DNA of 64,000 bases from Giardia intestinalis (taxonomy: Eukaryota), in NCBI GenBank assembly GCA_000002435.2, contig CM018789.1. The stretch is one strand, 5' to 3'. The notes below the pieces were generated by a model, which saw only the letters and a list, made by a program, of their open reading frames with translations, made no database searches and was not told where the DNA came from. Of this stretch, positions 28,717-39,593 are shown in pieces (within the stretch, counting starts at the first letter, position 1; each line of letters starts with the position of its first letter). A program made the translations under genes and the position numbers.

Positions 28717-31632
28717 CTATGAGATGTCTTTTCCAAAGACTTCTTGTACAAGTGTGTGCATAAGATTATAGTCTGACATGTGTACTATGTGTGCATCTCG
28801 CCCGGTTCTCCTATCCATTTTTGTGGACCCTTGTAGCATAGGATCCATAACTGATAAATCATACAGAAGCCTCTTTGTGGGCACCTTAGCTACCTTGTCT
28901 AGAAATATGTGATGCTTCTCTTTCTCAGGCCCCTTGCTCTTACCGTCAGGAAGAAGCAGTGCGCTTCTAAAATCAACGTATCCATCTTGGAGAGATGAAA
29001 TCATATAAATAGATTTAAATCGACCGAGATTGCTGTGCTTTGCAAGAATCTCCAGCAGGGGTACGCTGGTCAATTCCTTCAATAGATTGGCATCATGGGG
29101 GACATCCTTCATAAATGGATAGCTATAATACATGCACTCAAGCTGCTTTTTCGTAAGCTTGCCTCCCATAAGCTCTCGTAAGGAGATTTCTTTGCTGTTG
29201 GATGACATCAAGGTCATCCCAAATCTGACAAGCCCGTTACCTCCTTTAGCACCAGCCAGGGGTCCGTTCAGAAAAACGGCTTTATTCAGAAGGTCGAGAA
29301 ATCCAGAAAACGCAGATGATAGGATGCACGCTTCTATGACCAAGCATCCCATACTGTGCCCCACCATATTTATGCGACCTACGTTAGTCTTCCGGGTCTG
29401 GATGTAATCCCTTATCTCTTCAGCTAGCTTAATCCCCAATTCGAGAATGCTACTCTGTGTATGCTCCTGATATGATCTGCTCAGGAGGACATGTGGTTGT
29501 TTGGGAAACCACTGCTTCTGCATCGTGCCGTGAACTATTGCATACTGCATGAGGCAATTAGACATTAGTCGCAAGTCACAGTACGTGCCCCGATAACCGT
29601 GCGCGAACACATAGAGATCCCTGCTCTGTCTCTTCTGTCTAACCAAGTCGGTTATAGATGGTTGCTCCTCTATATTCATAGGCACTGACCGAATGTCCTT
29701 ATGCACATTTTTTGTAAGAGATAGGATAGGAGGAAATGTAAACACACGGGAAGGAGAGTCTGAGCCCCATATTAATTCAATTGGAAAGAGATCATCTCTG
29801 TATCGCTCCACTAACAAGAGTAGACCCTTAGTGGAATTGGTATCTGAAATAGACAAAAGAGAAGGTGGTAGCGATGGAGTCTGGTGCTCTTGGGATACAT
29901 CGTTGAACTTAGCGTTCGATGAAGCCATCGAGTCCTTTATTGTTTTCATCATGGCTAACTCTATATCCGTTCCTTTTCGTTTGGAGTCATCTTTGGGCTC
30001 TAAGACACAAGGAGGAAAGTTGGCAGGACTGGATCCTCTTTTTGCTCTAAAAGCCCTACTCGATGCCTTCTGTCGCTTCTTTTCAGGACCTGAATCTCGC
30101 TCAGCAGAGCTATAAGCGTCCGGTTGTAGGGTATGACTTAGTAAGTGCTTGGCTTTATTTTGTATGGCTTTAAGCTTGATGGTTTCTCGTTCTAGAAGTG
30201 CTTTCATGTAATCCGATGTGTAAAGGTCCACCTTGTCGGGAGAGCAGTTGTGTGTAGATGTATTCAGGGCAGTGGATACAGAGTTAACGCTTTTCTGTTT
30301 AATGATTGGTGCCCGGCGTTCTTGCGGGTCTTCGATGGTAGAGCTGGGCTCGGCAAAGCTTTTACTCTTTGGGGAGTCTTCCAACGATGAGATAGGCAGT
30401 TTTGATTCAAAGTAGTGTGTTAGAGTATCGTAAGCTACCGCTGCAATGGACGCTTCAGAAGATTCTAGAATCAATCTAGTATACTTCTTACACTCCAAAA
30501 AGTATATTGAATCCAACCTTTCTTCAGGTAAAGTGGTATATCTTTGCACATAGGTGTCAAGCAAATTGGAAGTGCCGATATTAGCAATCTTGTTAAGATA
30601 GTAAAGCTTAAAGAAAATAAGAGTCACACGCTTCAATGTTGCAAAGTCAAAACTGTCTGGTGTGGAATTGCACTGAGATAGTATTTTTCTAAGATGCGCA
30701 GGGGTCTCAAGGAACATATGTTCTCTCCCCGAGAGGTTGACTAGGGGGTCTGTTGACATAGGAGGTCCAAGCTCATCTCCTGAGAACCTCAGTGTTACAT
30801 GCACAGGCGTTGAAGATTCCTGAGAAAAAGCTAGATCAATAGTCCTCTGACTAGAATTGAAGATGGCGGAGTTGAGTACCTGGACAGTGTCTGTGACTGT
30901 AGGGACTGGCGCGGACAGCAGGTCATCAAAATCATTTGTTAGTTTCTCCGGAGAAAGGTACTTTCTTGGTTGAGCCTCAGGTATGCTCACCAAATCATCA
31001 TATTGAAGGGTTGTCTCGGTGGAGAACATGAGTTTAAGAAAGGCTGTCAAGCACTCAGGCTTATGAAGCCAAAGGGCTGTGATCTTATCATCTGGGAGAG
31101 CCAGCACCTCTACGGGGTACCAACTAATTATTGTACTCACATGTGAAAAGAAGGTATAGCTTATGTGTTCCGAGAAGCATGTAATGCACGGAAGCAGGAG
31201 AGAATTAAGGCGGTATCTTTTCCTGACAAGCCTCTTGAACGAGGAAAGGGGCAGGTCCGCCTTAGGCGGCATGGTCACCGATTTCCTGGCTTTTCCATAG
31301 AGAGATACCGATATGATGGAAGATGAGTCTATGTTGTAGACGTGGAACAGGGAGAAGCAGAGCTGAACGTTTAAATCTATCAACTGATCTGCATAGCGTA
31401 TTGCAAAAACGGCAGTGCGCATACCGTTCTCATGGTTAGCGGGTGGATACTCTGGATGAAGATATGTATTCGATGTGTTCATAGAAATATACTTATTTGT
31501 CCTAATGGCCAACAAGCCAGGTGGTTGTGGATGTTCAAAAGTTACGGCCAGGAACATGAAACCTTCCGTTACGATATCGATATTTCGTAGTGAATGAAAG
31601 CAGATACTCAAATCCGTCTTAAGGATCTTCAT
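28717..31632 (-). CDS. FAM135/DUF676-family putative serine esterase/lipase (alpha/beta hydrolase)
   Basis: C-terminal region VFAHGYRGTYCDLR...INMVGHSMGCLVIEA contains the GHSMG nucleophile elbow and the HGxxG oxyanion motif typical of DUF676. Long N-terminal extension. ATG 31630-31632. Confidence 0.75.
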   Translation of the reverse strand: MKILKTDLSICFHSLRNIDIVTEGFMFLAVTFEHPQPPGLLAIRTNKYISMNTSNTYLHPEYPPANHENGMRTAVFAIRYADQLIDLNVQLCFSLFHVYNIDSSSIISVSLYGKARKSVTMPPKADLPLSSFKRLVRKRYRLNSLLLPCITCFSEHISYTFFSHVSTIISWYPVEVLALPDDKITALWLHKPECLTAFLKLMFSTETTLQYDDLVSIPEAQPRKYLSPEKLTNDFDDLLSAPVPTVTDTVQVLNSAIFNSSQRTIDLAFSQESSTPVHVTLRFSGDELGPPMSTDPLVNLSGREHMFLETPAHLRKILSQCNSTPDSFDFATLKRVTLIFFKLYYLNKIANIGTSNLLDTYVQRYTTLPEERLDSIYFLECKKYTRLILESSEASIAAVAYDTLTHYFESKLPISSLEDSPKSKSFAEPSSTIEDPQERRAPIIKQKSVNSVSTALNTSTHNCSPDKVDLYTSDYMKALLERETIKLKAIQNKAKHLLSHTLQPDAYSSAERDSGPEKKRQKASSRAFRAKRGSSPANFPPCVLEPKDDSKRKGTDIELAMMKTIKDSMASSNAKFNDVSQEHQTPSLPPSLLSISDTNSTKGLLLLVERYRDDLFPIELIWGSDSPSRVFTFPPILSLTKNVHKDIRSVPMNIEEQPSITDLVRQKRQSRDLYVFAHGYRGTYCDLRLMSNCLMQYAIVHGTMQKQWFPKQPHVLLSRSYQEHTQSSILELGIKLAEEIRDYIQTRKTNVGRINMVGHSMGCLVIEACILSSAFSGFLDLLNKAVFLNGPLAGAKGGNGLVRFGMTLMSSNSKEISLRELMGGKLTKKQLECMYYSYPFMKDVPHDANLLKELTSVPLLEILAKHSNLGRFKSIYMISSLQDGYVDFRSALLLPDGKSKGPEKEKHHIFLDKVAKVPTKRLLYDLSVMDPMLQGSTKMDRRTGRDAHIVHMSDYNLMHTLVQEVFGKDIS

Positions 31633-32039
31633 TTGGAGTTATAGACGCTTACTTAGGAGATTGGATTTTCAAGCAATGTAAATCTTTTATTAAATTTTGT
31701 ACCAAATGCTGTTCTCATGATCATTCTATCGTGACAAAATCCTTAGATTCTGGGCTACACTGAACTGCCTCTTGTCGTCTACTGTCCACACAAGATGACA
31801 TACTCTTGAGTATTCTTGAATTAACACTAAAACGAGCCTCCGACAGTTAGAGATAAGATATCACTGATTGGATTCACTGATTTAGCTTGTTCCACTGCCT
31901 ATTTGCTTAGCTATAACAAGGAAGAGAAATATACACGAGAATGTGGTCGTGCTCTGCTTACAGTTGACACTCTCTATAGAGCCAGAAACAGAGGGCCTCT
32001 TCACAGCTCAAGCCCACCTGGTTACACTCCCGCTTGCCC

Positions 32040-35000
32040 TTATTCCTCTGAAAGCCACGCCTGGATCGCTTCAGAGTCTTGAATCTGCTTCTTGATGTCC
32101 GTAAATGAAGGAATAGACTTTATGTACCCTGTCACTGCAGCCTTGCTACAAAGCTTGGAGTGTATCAGCAGAGTCCATATAAGAATGAAATTCTTGGAGC
32201 AGTACACCGTCTCCTTCCAGCGCCGAAAGACGTGCCCCGCTAGCGTACTGAGCGGAATTCCCTGGGATGCAAATCTTTCTCCCAGCTCAGAGAAGATATT
32301 GGACAGCTCTGTTGATGAAGCGGAAGGCACGAAGCTCAGCGCTATCCCACAGACAATGTCGAATGTATTGTGAATGCAATCTCCCCTGAAGAGGAACTCA
32401 TTCTGCTCAAGGTACTGGGAGAAGATGACTGATACTGGGAGTTTCTTCTTATGCATGCTATTTTCGCAGACAACAACGTTGTAAATAGAGAAGACATCTG
32501 CCAACGCTTTGTTTTCTCTGAGAACATCATAGATCTCCTCCAACTCTTGTGCTGACGATGGTTTTCTAGTGTATATGGCCCCTATTACATTGACAAGCTC
32601 ATAGACTGCCATCTTCTCTCCCACCCTGGAGGCTGCAGACGCATGGCTTTGCTTGGCTACTGCCAGGATCTTCTGAGACGGAGAGTCGTCATCCTCGTTG
32701 CTGGCGACCAAAAACCCTGAAACTATGGCCTTCCCCAGCTTATGTGCGCATTCCTCCTTCCGGGCACGAGAGGCCAAGTCTCTAGCAATCGAGAAGAAAC
32801 TAAAGACCTGTTTGTGTATCAATGTAATGATCATATACGCGATACCGTTCATTAGGGTGTTCTTCCGTTCAATTGACTGCTCATTATCTAAAGACAATAG
32901 TGCTCCGTCAAGAAGCAACTCCCACAGACTGTCAGGGATCACGTCTGCAACTTCGCGGCTAATGCATGAGAGGAGGTCTGGAATGCAAGTAGCTACCGCG
33001 GAAATGGTACTGGTGTGTGTCCCCGCCTCCAGAACGGTGTCAATGAGAAGTTCCGAAAGAATGTCGCTCCATGTATCCAGTTGTGTGACAAACAGACCGG
33101 TTTCTTGATCATACTCCAAATTCAAAACACACTGTAGCGCAGAAGTAAGCGATGCTTCCAGGGTCTCTGTCCGCAGAGCCGCAAGTAGCTCCTTCCGTGC
33201 ATCACTGTTAGTCGGCAAAGCCAGTATCGGCTTCCTCGCAGGAGCTCGATGAGGTTTAGTCTCGATATCAAGAGTATTCTCTGGTACACTTGTGTCGTTA
33301 GCTGGGACTGAGATAAGTGGCGGTCTGTTTGTAGTCAAAATTTTATGCTTCTTACAAGTGTTCATGAGGGAGTGAAGCTTCTTCTTCAGTTGTGTTAAGA
33401 AGGAGACCCTGCACATCCTATCGTCAGAGAGGTTCTTATCGAATAAACTTTCTAACTCTTCATTTAGCTCCAGAATGAGAAAGCGGAAGTGAGATACATG
33501 CACTGTATCTGTTTGCATGGGCGCCAAATAGTGAGTGTACAAGTTAGAAATCTCTGAAAAGAGCCTTATCACATCCAGTGCTGGTGCATCTACCCCAATC
33601 TTCTCGGCAAGTGCATGCATAATTGCACCAGGAGCTCGCTTTACATGCTTAAGCAATCTCTCGTGGTCGTCATTGGACCCCTGTGTCACTCTCGCACGAT
33701 GTCCAGCCATTTCTGGCGTAGTCCAAAGCAAGTCCTCTAAGTTCCCATCCGAAATCACCTGGTAAAGCGGAGCGTCTCCATTGGTAAAGACTTTCTTAGC
33801 GAAAGGAAATGTTACGTGCACAAGCTCGGTGTTGGCAAACAAATACTTTATGAGTATGCCATAGTTCTGGCTGGACTGAGCCGCACTAGTTGCAGCCACA
33901 AGCTCCCCGTCGTTAAGATACTGTCTCAGGGAATCGAGCGACTTGAAAATTGTTCGCTTTGAACTATCCTTTGATCGTGTAATGGTAGATGGTCCCAAGA
34001 GCCCATCGAGTTCAGTTTTAAGATGAGTTGAATATTTATCAACTAGATAATAACGAATGCATGTGCCCACGATCTTTAGCATGGCAATCGCAGCCTCATA
34101 GAGTGTGTAGTTGGGCATGTATCCATCTGGAGAAAACTTCATGACATCGATACGCTGCCTATATCTCTTTTCAGCGTGCAGCCTGTTGATTTCTAAGTTA
34201 ACTGACGGAAGATATAACTTGCTGAAGTACTGTTGGCGTATGTACTTCGCCCAAGTATCTGTTTGAAAAATATAGTTATACGAAGTGTTGTAGCAGACTA
34301 GATTAAGGAAGATGCGCTGCAGGCAGGCAGAGGTAATGAACGCACTGGCTCTAATAACGTAGAGTTGAGCCGCAAAGACGGCCAGGTTCACAGTATACAA
34401 ATTCTGGAGGCCCCTTATATAATCTCTAATGCATTGCTGGTCTTGCTCACTGTGCTGAATGATGGTACCGTTTGTAGTTTTATCTAATATGGCTTGTTGG
34501 AGCTCTATTTTCTTAAAGAATGGGACCTCCAGATCAATGTTGTATACCATATCTTCCAGCTTTAACTCCATGATTTCCCTAAAGACTATGCACATGAAAT
34601 TTCCATATGCTCTTTCAGATGTATTAATTATATTCTTTTCCTCACACTTTTTCCGGAAAAGCTTGCTAAAATTGGGATAGGAATTGATAAGCTGTTTTGC
34701 CAGAGAGGTTGATGAGATGAGGTCGCTGAAGATCGACGCATACACAGGAACAAAGACACGCTCTAGTGCGGCCTTCTCAAGGATGCAGTTACAAAAGACA
34801 AGCAGTGAGATAGCAAGAAACCGCAGGCTCTGTGGGACAAGGTAGGTGCTCAGTATGGAAAGGATTTTGGAGACTGTGGCCTTGCTGTTAGATTCCGTAA
34901 CTTGATTCAGCACATACCCCAGCTCTGCTATCATGCTAGAGCATGTAGCTTTGAAACAGAGGAACTCTTCTGGATCTACGCCTGCGAGCTCCTCCAGCTC

Positions 35001-36314
35001 AGTCAACAAGAGTATTGACGGTACTGTGGAAGGATAATAGTTGTGCAGCTGCAGAGATTGCAAGTCGGGGCGAGTAATGTCTGGCTGCTCTATTGTGCCT
35101 GCAGTGACTATAGTCCTCGTGATAACATCTGCTAGTTTAAACGTTGCCATGCGATTCCCATAAATTGTTTTCTTTAGGCTTTGCTTCGCCTCAGAACCCA
35201 TCATCTTGTTGAGTGCATGGCGATCATGCCTGATGGTTCTACGTACTAATATGAGCCTTTCCTGGCTAATCGAGGTGGGCTCCACTCCGTGATCCATTTG
35301 ATGATAGATCTTGCGCAGTGCGGTGGGCTGGTAGACACGCGCACCCATGTCCGTTCCCAAGAATGCCAGATCAGCCTTTTCAATCGACAGACATGCCTGC
35401 AGAAGTGCCTTATTTCTTCTCATTCTAAATTCCCTGTGCGTCATCTTAATACTAGACTCCTCAGATGTGTCTAGCATACTGATCTTTGATGACTTCTCTT
35501 CCAACGCGAGCAATGAACGGTGGAGGTCAACCAACTTTCCATACAGTGCAGAAGATGGAGCTAGGCTTTTTCCATCAGCAAAGAACGAGCCGATCTCCGA
35601 GGGAGAAGCCCCTGTAATCGACGAATGCCTGTCTAAAGGGACGCTTTCTTGCTCCGCTTGCTCTTGCATAGTTTGATGAGCATCGTGTTCTGTCTGATTT
35701 TCAATAGGTGCAACTGTGCACGGGCCTGGCTTATCAAGGATATTGCCTTCGGAGCTGGTTTTAGCTTTGTTGTCAGACTCCTGCTTCTGCTCAAGCTCTG
35801 GCTCCGGCTTGAGGTCGGCCTTAACTTTATGCTTTGTAGAAATATGCAAACTAATAGTGTGCTGTGAACTGTTCACAGGCTTTTTGGTGCTGTCTTGATG
35901 GGGCTTTTCGCAAGAATCAGCGGAGGCAGGAGTCGAAGAGGTGTCGAGAATAGTCGCAGAAGACGAGCCACCGCAACTATTATTCCACATTTCCCTAGTC
36001 AGCCCCGATACAGCACTGCTTCTGGACTTAGTAGACTGATGTTCAGTGTGGCCATTGCCCTTTTGATCGTGAGGCTTGGCATGATGATGGAAGTGATCGC
36101 TTCTCTTTTTAGAGTGGTGGTGTTCAGACGTATGCTTGCCATCTGCAGCGCGTTTCCCTTCGCTGATGCTCAAAGAAGCATGTTCCTCAAAGGTAAGCGC
36201 TGCTGGGTTTTCTGTGAAAGAAAGAGTGAACGTAGGCTCAGTGTCATTCTTAGTAACTATGACCTTAATTCCTTGATCAGTATACCGTGTGGCCTTCGTA
36301 GCACCGTCAGACAT
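32040..36314 (-). CDS. Hypothetical large protein (1424 aa) with His-rich N-terminal stretch
   Basis: Uninterrupted 4.3-kb ORF. ATG 36312-36314 has an A/T-rich upstream region. N-terminal HHHSKKRSDHFHHHAKPH cluster, and a long helical-repeat-like remainder. No confident family. Confidence 0.6.
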   Translation of the reverse strand: MSDGATKATRYTDQGIKVIVTKNDTEPTFTLSFTENPAALTFEEHASLSISEGKRAADGKHTSEHHHSKKRSDHFHHHAKPHDQKGNGHTEHQSTKSRSSAVSGLTREMWNNSCGGSSSATILDTSSTPASADSCEKPHQDSTKKPVNSSQHTISLHISTKHKVKADLKPEPELEQKQESDNKAKTSSEGNILDKPGPCTVAPIENQTEHDAHQTMQEQAEQESVPLDRHSSITGASPSEIGSFFADGKSLAPSSALYGKLVDLHRSLLALEEKSSKISMLDTSEESSIKMTHREFRMRRNKALLQACLSIEKADLAFLGTDMGARVYQPTALRKIYHQMDHGVEPTSISQERLILVRRTIRHDRHALNKMMGSEAKQSLKKTIYGNRMATFKLADVITRTIVTAGTIEQPDITRPDLQSLQLHNYYPSTVPSILLLTELEELAGVDPEEFLCFKATCSSMIAELGYVLNQVTESNSKATVSKILSILSTYLVPQSLRFLAISLLVFCNCILEKAALERVFVPVYASIFSDLISSTSLAKQLINSYPNFSKLFRKKCEEKNIINTSERAYGNFMCIVFREIMELKLEDMVYNIDLEVPFFKKIELQQAILDKTTNGTIIQHSEQDQQCIRDYIRGLQNLYTVNLAVFAAQLYVIRASAFITSACLQRIFLNLVCYNTSYNYIFQTDTWAKYIRQQYFSKLYLPSVNLEINRLHAEKRYRQRIDVMKFSPDGYMPNYTLYEAAIAMLKIVGTCIRYYLVDKYSTHLKTELDGLLGPSTITRSKDSSKRTIFKSLDSLRQYLNDGELVAATSAAQSSQNYGILIKYLFANTELVHVTFPFAKKVFTNGDAPLYQVISDGNLEDLLWTTPEMAGHRARVTQGSNDDHERLLKHVKRAPGAIMHALAEKIGVDAPALDVIRLFSEISNLYTHYLAPMQTDTVHVSHFRFLILELNEELESLFDKNLSDDRMCRVSFLTQLKKKLHSLMNTCKKHKILTTNRPPLISVPANDTSVPENTLDIETKPHRAPARKPILALPTNSDARKELLAALRTETLEASLTSALQCVLNLEYDQETGLFVTQLDTWSDILSELLIDTVLEAGTHTSTISAVATCIPDLLSCISREVADVIPDSLWELLLDGALLSLDNEQSIERKNTLMNGIAYMIITLIHKQVFSFFSIARDLASRARKEECAHKLGKAIVSGFLVASNEDDDSPSQKILAVAKQSHASAASRVGEKMAVYELVNVIGAIYTRKPSSAQELEEIYDVLRENKALADVFSIYNVVVCENSMHKKKLPVSVIFSQYLEQNEFLFRGDCIHNTFDIVCGIALSFVPSASSTELSNIFSELGERFASQGIPLSTLAGHVFRRWKETVYCSKNFILIWTLLIHSKLCSKAAVTGYIKSIPSFTDIKKQIQDSEAIQAWLSEE

Positions 36315-36411
36315 TCCTTAGAGTGTAATTATTCTTCCTTTTATTTGTATGCAATTTTAAATTAAAACTCATATTAATATTCCAGATGTGTCAAGTTTCG
36401 TTGAAAAATTA

Positions 36412-38331
36412 ATGGTATCTCTGACTGCTATCGTGGACAAGCTTACGGCTGTCTGCAAGGCGTGTTCTGAGGTGTGGGCAGACACGGGCATGAATGCTGA
36501 CGAAGTAGAGGCGCAACGGCAAGCGTTCTTGACATCGGTAATAGATTTTGCTGATCAATTTTGCGACAAGCAAAAGCAACTTATCACAGAGCTCAACACA
36601 CAATTAGAAGAATATGCTTTTAAAATCTTAGATCTTGGCCGCCAATTAGGCCAGAGCATTGCAATTCCAGATGCTCCTACTAAAACTGTATCTTTACAAA
36701 TACTCAAGGAGATATACGAGCGCTACTCCGTGACGCTTTTAGAAAGGAAAGAAAAGCACACAATGCTAGTCCAGAAGCTAATTTACCTCCTGGAAGGGCT
36801 GGGAGACGAGGAGTCGCTTGCTTCGGCAGCAAAGCTAAGTCACAAGGTGGACGTCTATGACAATAAGCTACTTATCGATTTGGAACATCAGATAGCGAAA
36901 ATAGAGGAGCGCTCAGAGCCATCTCTTCAACGGATCAGACGATACTTAGATGCTATGGCTTCTATCAATAAGCTGTTGCAGCGGGATTTAGCACAGTATG
37001 CAAGAAGCTCCAACGATGGTGTCATGATGGATGTTTTTGAAGGCCACTTGAGACCAAAGTATGAAGAGCATGTTAAGGCAGCGCTACGCGCGCTGGAGCA
37101 AGAAGCAAGGGCCAGGGCCAAGGAGGTGTCGCGTTTGAAAGTGGAAATCAGTGACGTTTTATCCCTCCTCCACAGCAGCGGGTTGACCGTATCGTCTGAT
37201 CCGCTATCAGTAGTTTCTCCAGAAGCACAGCACTGTCTAGGTACAGAGGGGGTTATTTCAGACTACGCTTTATCCATTCTAATGAAGGAATTGTCTAGGT
37301 TAAAGGAGATGCGTCTTGCCCAACTTCCAAAGATTATAGCATCGCTACAACAAGAAATTAACAACAGTAGGAGAGAGGTTTTTGGGGCTCTAGGGCAGGC
37401 CTATGGCGAAGATAGCCGGGCAGACAACAATAAAAGTGCGTTGGACGAGCCTCCGAGTGAAAGTCTGCTACTCCGATTGGAAGAAGAACTAAAGCAGATC
37501 CGCGCAATAGAAGAGCACTGCGAGCCTATCTGCATAGCCATACGCAGATACAATGAGGTCGTAGCGCTGCAGGAAGAGCTCAGGGTCATAATGTCAGACA
37601 AGACCAGGCTTACTAGTAAAAGCAGGGAGGCTGCACGCATACGTCACCATGAAGAGGACCTTAAAAAGCAAATTCAGAACTTGCTACCGAAGACCCTGGC
37701 TGCTCTCAGACTTAAGCTCACCGAAATGGCCACAACTCTTCCACCAGAGCTACTTGACCAACTTCGCGGTGGAGATCCAACCAAGCCCATTCTGTTTTTT
37801 GGAAGGAACTATGAAGAGGAGCTAGCAATGCAACTTGCAACAAAAGACCAGAAGATTGTACGAAAGTATCAGATGTATTTAGTTGCGTACCGTCGTAATT
37901 CAAGCAACATAGAGATTCTAAAGCTGCGGGATGGTGAAGATAAGCCGGTTAAGCGTCAAGTTACAGTGTCGTTCCAGCCGGTTGAGCTTCCTGTCATATC
38001 TGGCAGTGCATTAGGTAGTGCCTGTGGATCATGTGATGCATCGGCGCTATCTGCGACAGCTGACAGTGCAGATGATCATATGGACGCTGCGCATGATCTC
38101 ACACTTGATGCATTGAAGAGCGACCCACAGGATGCCCCAGAGGAGAGGCGACGACCTGTTCTTAAGAAGTCTGTTCAGCTAGCCAAATCCAGGGGTGTTG
38201 AGGCCAGTTTAGGGCCAGAACGAGTGCGGATGAAGTCAGTGGCACCGCGTGCGGCGGTTTCATCGAGTTCTGCTGGAAAAGGCAATGTAACTGGCGTTGG
38301 AATTAAATCCAAGCGTATTCCAAAGCCATAG
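36412..38331 (+). CDS. PRC1/MAP65/Ase1-family microtubule-bundling protein candidate
   Basis: The track start at 36388 is GTG; the ATG is at 36412 (ttgaaaaattaATG). The N-terminus is collinear with the PRC1 dimerisation/rod region: IVDKLTAVCKACSEVWADTGMNADEV vs IVCLQKALNHLREIWELIGIPEDQR. Helical spectrin-like core and a basic unstructured tail ending GIKSKRIPKP. Confidence 0.55.
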   Translation: MVSLTAIVDKLTAVCKACSEVWADTGMNADEVEAQRQAFLTSVIDFADQFCDKQKQLITELNTQLEEYAFKILDLGRQLGQSIAIPDAPTKTVSLQILKEIYERYSVTLLERKEKHTMLVQKLIYLLEGLGDEESLASAAKLSHKVDVYDNKLLIDLEHQIAKIEERSEPSLQRIRRYLDAMASINKLLQRDLAQYARSSNDGVMMDVFEGHLRPKYEEHVKAALRALEQEARARAKEVSRLKVEISDVLSLLHSSGLTVSSDPLSVVSPEAQHCLGTEGVISDYALSILMKELSRLKEMRLAQLPKIIASLQQEINNSRREVFGALGQAYGEDSRADNNKSALDEPPSESLLLRLEEELKQIRAIEEHCEPICIAIRRYNEVVALQEELRVIMSDKTRLTSKSREAARIRHHEEDLKKQIQNLLPKTLAALRLKLTEMATTLPPELLDQLRGGDPTKPILFFGRNYEEELAMQLATKDQKIVRKYQMYLVAYRRNSSNIEILKLRDGEDKPVKRQVTVSFQPVELPVISGSALGSACGSCDASALSATADSADDHMDAAHDLTLDALKSDPQDAPEERRRPVLKKSVQLAKSRGVEASLGPERVRMKSVAPRAAVSSSSAGKGNVTGVGIKSKRIPKP

Positions 38332-38536
38332 AGATCAGATCTCTCCTGGAGGTCTGCAGGGATACCTGTTGAGGAAAGGATCAGGGGAATGGACAGAGGA
38401 ATCATCAGAAGTGAGCCTTCTGACAAATGCGCATTGTCATCATTTTATTTATTTCCGGTTCCCGTGGAGATCAACCGCTGTCGGTGTACCCCCTCGTCAT
38501 TCTACTGGTGGATTAGTTTTGTCTGTGTACCCCAAC

Positions 38537-39517
38537 CTACTTATTCACTTTACCTGACTGGTTCGGCCCAGGGTCAGACAGCTGCTGACGGTGTGTACGG
38601 AGACTCTCTAGAAGTATGTCCGTCGGGGTCTGAAGCTTCTGAGAAACCAGGTTAGCATAGTCCTGCTCCTCCTTTCGAGCTCGATGCTCTTCATTGATGG
38701 TGGCAGATAAGGAAGCCGACATAGTGTCTTCGATGCCCATGTGCGTTAGCTCGTTCTGGGCCCGGAGCATGGCTTCTGAGGGAGCCCTCTTAGTACGCAA
38801 AGACAGGCTTCTATCGTCTTCACTGGCCATACGCTCCACCTCGTGGATAGAACACATCTGACTTGGCCGTGAATACAGACTACTTTCTTGGTCTAAGTTA
38901 ACCTGCTGAAGAACCCGCCGCTTGTGATCTGCGAGCACCTTATCATATGGTTGAAACTTGGCTAACGGAGGGATTGTTGTAACGCTAACAGGCAGCGGTG
39001 CTTCAGTGATGATCTGTTCAGCTGGCACCTTATACCGAAGCACACAGGAATAGAGAGATGTGAATGACAACGTAGACATGCTCAGGAAGTCGCGAAGTAG
39101 CCCAATCACCCCTTCGGGCAACCCAGGAAAACCTGTACAGATGGAGTGCAGAGTCCTTGAAATGAGCTCTGGGTGGTCTATCTGCTCTTCACTGGCGAGA
39201 TCAATTAGGAGCTTCCTCCAACCGCGAAGAAGCACGCACGTCAGTGGCAAGCTTATTACATTTGGGAAGCAAAAGTGGAAGAGGGGGTACGCACAGAGCT
39301 CTGCAGCCACAGAGACAGACTCGATTCCTTGACCACCCTCTGGCACTAGAAGGGCGGCGATGGCATCAATAAGTTGTTGGTACGATCGTATGTTATAAAG
39401 AGCGGCCACATCCGTTGAACGCAGCCTGAGCTGTCGAAGAAGCTGGAGAACTGACACGTTATATTCAACATCTCTTTTAGCAACTTCTTTACCACTAGCT
39501 TGGATAAGTGCATTCAT
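38537..39517 (-). CDS. Hypothetical protein
   Basis: The track start at 39520 is TTG; the adjacent ATG is at 39515-39517. 326 codons with no recognised domain. Confidence 0.5.
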   Translation of the reverse strand: MNALIQASGKEVAKRDVEYNVSVLQLLRQLRLRSTDVAALYNIRSYQQLIDAIAALLVPEGGQGIESVSVAAELCAYPLFHFCFPNVISLPLTCVLLRGWRKLLIDLASEEQIDHPELISRTLHSICTGFPGLPEGVIGLLRDFLSMSTLSFTSLYSCVLRYKVPAEQIITEAPLPVSVTTIPPLAKFQPYDKVLADHKRRVLQQVNLDQESSLYSRPSQMCSIHEVERMASEDDRSLSLRTKRAPSEAMLRAQNELTHMGIEDTMSASLSATINEEHRARKEEQDYANLVSQKLQTPTDILLESLRTHRQQLSDPGPNQSGKVNK

Positions 39518-39593
39518 CAATGCCCTAAAGAGACAAGTGAATAAGTGTCCTTAAGGACGCAGCAAGCGATATTTATTTCTAAATTTTAAAAAA